Of a DNA stretch of 30,618 nucleotides, positions 24,567 through 30,618 are shown piece by piece. The notes under the pieces are model-generated. The model was not told where the DNA came from. It made no database searches and was given only the letters and a program-made list of their open reading frames with translations. The translations under genes were made by a program, and so were the position numbers. Location: IMG/VR virus record IMGVR_UViG_2563366903_000024. One strand, given 5' to 3'. Position 1 is the first letter of the stretch. Each line of letters opens with the position of its first letter. This DNA comes from a virus. Lineage: Duplodnaviria > Heunggongvirae > Uroviricota > Caudoviricetes.

Positions 24567-24953
24567 ATGAAAGAACTTGCGCAAAATGAAATATTTTCCG
24601 AAACCAGTCCTGATGCAATAAATGAACTCAAAGAAATTGCAGAACGCATCAGTAAAATATGCAAAGAATACAAAATCGACTTTGTATTTTCTTTTTCAGT
24701 GCTTACAGAAGTTGGAAATAACGAATATAAGGACAGCCGTTTTGTTTTATGTGGGTTAAATGGCAAAACACCAAGCCCATATATTCATGCTGCACGTGAA
24801 GTTGTCAGAAGCAACATTGGAGTACAACAAATCCATACACTTGCACAGGCTCTTGAGTTTGCAAGAGAAAATTCTGAGTGCGACTGCCCTGAATGCCAGC
24901 ACGAAAAGGGAAAAACAACTCACAAAACAGCAAACCAGGCAACCTTCCACTGA
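24567..24953 (+). CDS. Hypothetical protein (128 aa) with C-terminal Cys/His cluster
   Basis: Track ORF with CDCPECQHEKGK near the C-terminus. Followed by an 8-bp hairpin (AAATCCGG…CCGGATTT). Confidence 0.4.
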   Translation: MKELAQNEIFSETSPDAINELKEIAERISKICKEYKIDFVFSFSVLTEVGNNEYKDSRFVLCGLNGKTPSPYIHAAREVVRSNIGVQQIHTLAQALEFARENSECDCPECQHEKGKTTHKTANQATFH

Positions 24954-25060
24954 AATAAAAATCCGGCAGCGCAGGCTACCGGATTTCTCCCTGCGTCACC
25001 GTATTCGGAGAAATCAGACAAAGGGCCGCTAATTCTAATCCAGCCAGAGGTTTAAATACA

Positions 25061-27133
25061 ATGAGCGCTGATAAACAGACTTTTGCACTACACTGCGAAG
25101 CAAAAAACGATAAAGTCAGAAAACGCCTTGGCATCAAAGGCGGTTTTTTCTGGACCGAGGCCAGAAAACTTTCTGTCGCAGTTTCCCGCTGCATTGCAGC
25201 CATGGACGATGCAGGCTACGACGAGGATGATTTCAAAAAACCCGTTCGCGTAAATTTCCCCGTCGTGAATGACCTTCCACCGGAAGGCGTGTTTGATACT
25301 GAATTCTGCAACCGCTATGAAAAAGGCGGTAACGATAGCATCACCATGATGGCTATCCCCTTCGATGACAACATCAACGGTGAAGATGCCACAACTGCTG
25401 GCGATGACAACGATAACCTGGACGGAACTATTCCGGATGATGTGGAGAAAAGCGAATCCCCGGACAGCGACGATGACTGTTCTGAGTGTGAAATTCCCGT
25501 CGCCACTCTGAGCCTTACTCATCGCTTCCTTCACCTCTTCTTATTCAGCAAAGATGAAGATGGAAAATACCGGCATCATGCCACACCAGAACAACGCAAT
25601 AACGTGATCCGTATGGAGATGGACACAGAGGACAGTTACCTTCAGAGCCTGCTTACTGCTGTGCGCGCCGCGCATCATGAACTGGATAAACTGACGAACT
25701 ATCACCTTAGTCGCCTGGCTGAATCTGTAGGGAAAGCATTCCCCCACTCTGCAAATCATCGCATCAGCCCGGCTGAATTCGACAAGTTCATTTCCACCTG
25801 GATGAAAACTGACTACCTTGATCAGGGCCTGCTGACAAAAGAATGGCAGAACGGAAATTATGTTTCAGGCATTACCCGTACGCCTTCCGGTGCTAACGCT
25901 GGCGGCGGAAATATTACCGATCGTGGTGAAGGATTCAAACATGATAAGACATCACTCGCACGAGATGTAGCCACCGGCGTTCTGGCCCGTTCAATGGATG
26001 TGGATATTTATAACCTGCACCCAGCACACGCAAAACGCGTTGAAGAAATCGTGTCAGAGAATAAGCCGCCCTTTTCTGTTTTTCGCGACAAATTTATCGC
26101 CATGCCCGGTGGGCTGGATTATTCCCGCGCCATTGTGGTGGCTTCCGTGAAAGAAGCACCAATCGGCATTGAGGCCATCCCGGCACGCGTGACTGAATAT
26201 CTCAACAAAGTGTTGACCGAAACCGATCACGCTAACCCGGATCCGGAAATCGTGGAAATTGCCTGCGGTCGCTCATCAGCACCGATGCCGCAGCGCGGAA
26301 CAGCAGAAGGAAAACATGGCGATGAAGAAAAGCAACAAGCATCGGACACAATGGCTAATGAACAGGCAGCGCCTGAATCAGTGGAAGAAATTCCAGTTAA
26401 ACATAATGAGGACACGCAATCACTGGAAAATGTCTCATCTGTAGAAACGAAATACCAGGAACTGAGGGAGGAACTCAATAAAGCCAGGGAAAACATCCCC
26501 CCAAAAAATCCAGTCGATGCCGACAAATTACTGGCTGCCTCGCGTGGAGAATTCGTTGAAGGCATCAGTAACCCTGCTGATCCGAAGTGGGTGAAGGGGA
26601 TCCAGACTCGCGACACTGAGGACCAGAATCAGTCCAAAGTGGAACAAATTGCCCCAGAAGCGGGACAAAACAGCCCGGATACGCAACAAAACGGGCCAGA
26701 AGAGCAACAGCCAGGGCCAGTAGCGCAACCGGAGCTGGAAAAAAACTGCCGCGTCTGTGGTCAGACTGGCGGGGGTAACTGCCCTGACTGTAGTGCGGTA
26801 ATGGGCGATAGCACTTACACAGAAACTTTTGGAGAAAATGACGCCGCTGATGGAGAAGACTCAGCACAAACTGAGGAGAAGATCATTCAGGAAAACTCTG
26901 TTGATGCCGCTCAGGAGGGCGAAACCGTTGTTCAGAACGAGCCAGGCAGTGATACGTCCGGCGATGACGCCAATTCTGAGCCAGTAACTCTCGACTGGAA
27001 AAGACAGCTCGTGATTGCCGCCGTCTATGGTTTGTGCGCCAACCCCGCATGTATAGCCACAGCGCCAGCAATCCCTGATATCGCCATCATGATTGCCAAC
27101 AGGCTTGAAAATTTCGGAGGTGATAAATCATGA
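25061..27133 (+). CDS. Large acidic hypothetical protein (690 aa) immediately upstream of gam
   Basis: Long ORF with SD, Asp/Glu-rich low-complexity tracts, a CxxC…CxxC cluster ([15 protein letters not shown]) and a 4-nt ATGA overlap with the gam start. Confidence 0.6.
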   Translation: MSADKQTFALHCEAKNDKVRKRLGIKGGFFWTEARKLSVAVSRCIAAMDDAGYDEDDFKKPVRVNFPVVNDLPPEGVFDTEFCNRYEKGGNDSITMMAIPFDDNINGEDATTAGDDNDNLDGTIPDDVEKSESPDSDDDCSECEIPVATLSLTHRFLHLFLFSKDEDGKYRHHATPEQRNNVIRMEMDTEDSYLQSLLTAVRAAHHELDKLTNYHLSRLAESVGKAFPHSANHRISPAEFDKFISTWMKTDYLDQGLLTKEWQNGNYVSGITRTPSGANAGGGNITDRGEGFKHDKTSLARDVATGVLARSMDVDIYNLHPAHAKRVEEIVSENKPPFSVFRDKFIAMPGGLDYSRAIVVASVKEAPIGIEAIPARVTEYLNKVLTETDHANPDPEIVEIACGRSSAPMPQRGTAEGKHGDEEKQQASDTMANEQAAPESVEEIPVKHNEDTQSLENVSSVETKYQELREELNKARENIPPKNPVDADKLLAASRGEFVEGISNPADPKWVKGIQTRDTEDQNQSKVEQIAPEAGQNSPDTQQNGPEEQQPGPVAQPELEKNCRVCGQTGGGNCPDCSAVMGDSTYTETFGENDAADGEDSAQTEEKIIQENSVDAAQEGETVVQNEPGSDTSGDDANSEPVTLDWKRQLVIAAVYGLCANPACIATAPAIPDIAIMIANRLENFGGDKS

Positions 27134-27426
27134 ATGCCTGGCTTATCCCCGATCGCATTGAAGAGCAGTCATGGGCACGACACTACCAGCAAATTGCCCG
27201 TGAAGAAACTGAAGCTGAGCTGGCAGACGACCTGGAAAAAGGTCTGCCCCAACACCTGTTTGAATCGCTATGCATCGATAATCTGCAACGTCACGGGGCC
27301 AGCAAAAAAGCTATTTCCCGTGCATTTGATGACGATGTCGATTTTCAGGAACGCATGGCAGAACACATCCGCTACATGGCTGAAACCATCGCCCGTCACC
27401 AAATTAATATTGATTCAGAGGTATAA
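27130..27426 (+). CDS. gam: Gam (RecBCD inhibitor), short form
   Basis: 98-aa protein near-identical in pattern to the C-terminal 98 residues of lambda Gam (…QSWARHYQQ…EAELADD…[15 protein letters not shown]…LQRHGASKK…). Confidence 0.9.
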   Translation: MNAWLIPDRIEEQSWARHYQQIAREETEAELADDLEKGLPQHLFESLCIDNLQRHGASKKAISRAFDDDVDFQERMAEHIRYMAETIARHQINIDSEV

Positions 27427-27431
27427 AACGG

Positions 27432-28217
27432 ATGAGTACAGCACTCGCAACGCTGGCAGGGAAGCTGGCTGAACGTGTCGGCATGGATTCTGTCGACCCA
27501 CAGGAACTAATCACCACTCTTCGCCAGACGGCATTTAAAGGTGATGCCAGCGATGCGCAATTTATCGCATTGTTGATCGTCGCCAACCAGTACGGCCTTA
27601 ATCCCTGGACGAAAGAAATTTACGCCTTCCCTGACAAGCAGAACGGCATCGTTCCGGTGGTTGGCGTTGATGGCTGGTCCCGCATTATCAATGAAAACCA
27701 GCAGTTTGATGGCATGGACTTTGAGCAGGACAATGAGTCCTGTACATGCCGGATTTACCGCAAAGATCGCAATCACCCGATCTGCGTTACCGAGTGGATG
27801 GATGAATGTCGCCGCGCACCATTCAAAACCCGCGAAGGCAGAGAAATCACCGGACCGTGGCAGTCGCATCCCAAACGGATGTTACGGCACAAAGCCATGA
27901 TTCAGTGTGCTCGCCTGGCCTTCGGATTTGCTGGCATCTATGACAAGGATGAAGCCGAGCGTATTGTCGAAAATACTGCATATACTACAGAACGTCAGCC
28001 GGAACGCGACATCACCCCGGTTAACGAAGAAACCATGTCGGAAATTAACGCCCTTCTTACTTCCATGGAAAAAACGTGGGATGACGACCTGTTGCCGCTC
28101 TGTTCCCAGATTTTTCGCCGCAACATTTACACATCTTCAGAACTAACACAGGCTGAAGCTGTGAAGGTTCTTGGATTCCTGAAACAGAAAGTCACAGAGC
28201 AGAAGGTAGCAGCATGA
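27432..28217 (+). CDS. bet: Bet (Red beta single-strand annealing protein)
   Basis: 261-aa protein essentially matching lambda Bet as recalled ([66 protein letters not shown]…). Confidence 0.95.
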   Translation: MSTALATLAGKLAERVGMDSVDPQELITTLRQTAFKGDASDAQFIALLIVANQYGLNPWTKEIYAFPDKQNGIVPVVGVDGWSRIINENQQFDGMDFEQDNESCTCRIYRKDRNHPICVTEWMDECRRAPFKTREGREITGPWQSHPKRMLRHKAMIQCARLAFGFAGIYDKDEAERIVENTAYTTERQPERDITPVNEETMSEINALLTSMEKTWDDDLLPLCSQIFRRNIYTSSELTQAEAVKVLGFLKQKVTEQKVAA

Positions 28218-28894
28218 CACCGGACATTATCCTGCAACGTACAGGGATCGACGTGAGAGCTGTCGAACAGGGGGATGATGCGTGGCACAAATTACGGCTC
28301 GGCGTCATCACCGCTTCAGAAGTTCACAACGTGATAGCAAAACCCCGCTCAGGAAAGAAATGGCCTGACATGAAAATGTCCTACTTCCACACCCTGCTGG
28401 CTGAGGTTTGCACCGGTGTGGCTCCGGAAGTTAACGCTAAAGCGCTGGCCTGGGGAAAACAGTACGAGAACGACGCCAGAGCCCTCTTTGAGTTCACTTC
28501 CGGCGTGAATGTTACTGAATCCCCGATCATCTATCGCGACGAAAGTATGCGCACCGCCTGCTCTCCCGATGGTTTATGCAGTGACGGCAACGGCCTTGAA
28601 CTGAAATGCCCGTTTACCTCCCGGGATTTCATGAAATTCCGGCTCGGTGGTTTCGAGGCCATAAAGTCGGCTTACATGGCCCAGGTGCAGTACAGCATGT
28701 GGGTGACGCGAAAAGATGCCTGGTACTTTGCCAACTATGACCCGCGTATGAAGCGTGAAGGCCTGCATTATGTCGTGGTCGAACGGGATGAAAAATACAT
28801 GGAGGTTTTTGACGAAATGGTACCGGAGTTCATCGAAAAAATGGATGAGGCACTGGCTGAAATTGGTTTTGTATTTGGGGAGCAATGGCGATAG
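28214..28894 (+). CDS. exo: Exo (Red alpha 5'-3' exonuclease)
   Basis: 226-aa protein matching lambda Exo ([44 protein letters not shown]…). 4-nt overlap with bet. Confidence 0.9.
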   Translation: MTPDIILQRTGIDVRAVEQGDDAWHKLRLGVITASEVHNVIAKPRSGKKWPDMKMSYFHTLLAEVCTGVAPEVNAKALAWGKQYENDARALFEFTSGVNVTESPIIYRDESMRTACSPDGLCSDGNGLELKCPFTSRDFMKFRLGGFEAIKSAYMAQVQYSMWVTRKDAWYFANYDPRMKREGLHYVVVERDEKYMEVFDEMVPEFIEKMDEALAEIGFVFGEQWR

Positions 28895-28932
28895 CCGTAG
28901 CAACGAGGTGCAAATGATATGACAGTTAAGGA

Positions 28933-29193
28933 ATGCTACCTGTGTTCGTTCTGATCCAGCGCGGGCAGTCCTTCGTCGACGCCAACAACTATCCGGTTCA
29001 AGTCTGCAAGGTAACGCTGACACAGGTGATCTTCCGAAGGCTGGATGGGAGAACCAGAGCCGCATCAATTAACTCATTTAATGCAGAATTTGAGCGAATC
29101 GATCACAACGAACTACATATGATTAAAGCAGAAATTGAGAAGGAAAAGCATATTGCCAGCCTTCGAAAAATGCGCCGCATATCAATCAACTGA
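28933..29193 (+). CDS. Hypothetical protein (86 aa)
   Basis: Track ORF between exo and xis. SD is badly spaced. Confidence 0.25.
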   Translation: MLPVFVLIQRGQSFVDANNYPVQVCKVTLTQVIFRRLDGRTRAASINSFNAEFERIDHNELHMIKAEIEKEKHIASLRKMRRISIN

Positions 29194-29227
29194 CAACCGC
29201 CTTCGGGCGGTTTTTAATGGCGAAAAT

Positions 29228-29599
29228 ATGGATTCACACAGTATCACCCTCAAAGAGGCCTGTAAGTTTCTCAAGATATCAAGGCCAACAGCTGTTAACT
29301 GGATACGAACGGGCCGACTACAGGCAACCCGAAAAAATTCTTCCGGTAAAAGATCACCTTATCTCACAACCCGGCAAGCCTGCATTGCAGCACTTCATTC
29401 ACCGCTGCATACTGTCCAGGTGAGCGCGGGTGATGGCATAACAGAGGAAAGAAAATGTCACTCTTCCGCAGAGGTGAAATATGGTACGCCTCGTACTCGC
29501 TCCCGGGCGGGAAGCGAATTAAGGAGTCTCTTGGCACAAAGGACAAGCGGCAAGCTCAGGAGTTGCACGACAAGCGAAAAGCAGAACTCTGGCGAGTAG
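29228..29599 (+). CDS. xis: Excisionase-like HTH protein
   Basis: ATG at 29228 ([36 protein letters not shown]…) has the excisionase/AlpA-type HTH pattern and lies directly upstream of int. The 3' end overlaps int in another frame; true stop uncertain. Confidence 0.5.
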   Translation: MDSHSITLKEACKFLKISRPTAVNWIRTGRLQATRKNSSGKRSPYLTTRQACIAALHSPLHTVQVSAGDGITEERKCHSSAEVKYGTPRTRSRAGSELRSLLAQRTSGKLRSCTTSEKQNSGE

Positions 29600-30618
29600 A
29601 CAGACTGGGGGATATGCCAGATGTCACTTTCGAAGAAGCCTGCCTGAGATGGCTTGAGGAAAAAGCCGACAAGAAATCCATCGATTCCGATAAATCCAGA
29701 ATCGCATTCTGGATTGAGCATTTCGAGGGAATAAGGATTAAGGATATATCGGAGGCAATGATCTACTCAGTTATCAGCAAAGCGTATAACCGAAAAACAA
29801 AGGAGAGATGGAAGTTGCAGGTGGAGGCTGCATTAAGAAAAGGGAAAGAACCACCAGCCTATATACCTAAATCGGTGAGCACGCAAACAAAAGCAACACA
29901 CCTGGCAATGATCAAGGCTATTCTGCGCGCCGCAGAGCGAGACTGGAAATGGCTTGAAAAAGCACCTGTAATCAAAATACCTGCCGTAAAAAACAAACGC
30001 GTGAGATGGCTGGAAAAAGAAGAAGCCAGGAGACTCATTGATGCATGTTCTGATCCCCTGAAATCTGTAGTTAAATTTGCACTGGCAACTGGCCTGAGGA
30101 GATCAAACATTATTAATCTGGAGTGGCAACAAATCGATATGCAGCGACGTGTTGCCTGGGTAAACCCTGAAGACAGTAAGTCAAACCGCGCTATTGGGGT
30201 CGCACTGAATGACACTGCCTGCAAGGTGTTGCGTGATCAAATAGGCAAACATCACCGCTGGGTGTTTGTTTATACCACTGCTGCCAGAAGGCCTGACGGG
30301 ACAATGACACCAAGCATCAGAAAGATGCGCCTGGACTATAACACATCGTGGTTAACAGCATGTCGTCGGGCAGGAATTGAAAATTTCCGTTTTCATGACC
30401 TCCGCCATACCTGGGCCAGTTGGTTAATTCAGTCAGGTGTACCACTGTCAGTACTTCAGGAAATGGGCGGCTGGGAGTCTATCGAAATGGTGCGTAGGTA
30501 CGCACACCTTGCACCTAATCATTTGACAGAGCACGCGAGGAAAATTGACGACATATTGGGTGACGATGTCCCAAATTTGTCCCACCATGAGGTTTTTGAG
30601 GATGCAAAGAAAGCATAA
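29455..30618 (+). CDS. int: Tyrosine integrase (phage integrase family)
   Basis: 387-aa protein with SD GAGGAAAG and catalytic-domain motifs (…[11 protein letters not shown]…, …[10 protein letters not shown]…). Stop codon is the last 3 nt of the window. Confidence 0.9.
   Translation: MSLFRRGEIWYASYSLPGGKRIKESLGTKDKRQAQELHDKRKAELWRVDRLGDMPDVTFEEACLRWLEEKADKKSIDSDKSRIAFWIEHFEGIRIKDISEAMIYSVISKAYNRKTKERWKLQVEAALRKGKEPPAYIPKSVSTQTKATHLAMIKAILRAAERDWKWLEKAPVIKIPAVKNKRVRWLEKEEARRLIDACSDPLKSVVKFALATGLRRSNIINLEWQQIDMQRRVAWVNPEDSKSNRAIGVALNDTACKVLRDQIGKHHRWVFVYTTAARRPDGTMTPSIRKMRLDYNTSWLTACRRAGIENFRFHDLRHTWASWLIQSGVPLSVLQEMGGWESIEMVRRYAHLAPNHLTEHARKIDDILGDDVPNLSHHEVFEDAKKA

Noticed and set aside
25088-26867. 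Minus-strand ORFs antisense to the 690-aa gene (25088..25534, 26227..26616, 26565..26867 and others)
   Set aside because: Embedded antisense in a long ORF with strong coding continuity; products are low-complexity.

Overview
This window is a near-complete lambdoid prophage read in reverse orientation, assigned by protein-level recognition from the ORF track plus manual start and motif inspection. Minus strand, right to left: cro, cII, O-like initiator, DnaC-like loader, nin region (NinB, NinE, YbcO-like, RusA, NinH), antiterminator Q, then nanS-p-like esterase, a phage-21-type lysis cassette (pinholin, SAR endolysin, Rz/Rz1), terS, terL and a partial portal gene. Plus strand: cI, N, an early-left operon with a 690-aa acidic protein, Gam, Bet, Exo, excisionase and integrase. 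The most interesting signal is cargo between Q and the late genes, the slot where Stx phages carry stx: a hok/gef-like toxin ORF followed by a two-gene restriction-modification-like module (methyltransferase/nuclease-like protein plus HsdS-like specificity subunit). Its 5' end carries 14 perfect copies of a 7-nt repeat that currently put the ATG out of frame with the methyltransferase body, i.e. a candidate phase-variable switch in the OFF state. Other accessory candidates are a HigB/HigA-like toxin-antitoxin pair next to a zinc-ribbon protein in the nin region, an antisense ORF at the rexAB-equivalent position, a DicF-like sRNA candidate, and a triplicated element in and upstream of the O gene. 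No tRNA, stx or CRISPR was found. All identities are from recalled sequence similarity and motifs, not database searches.
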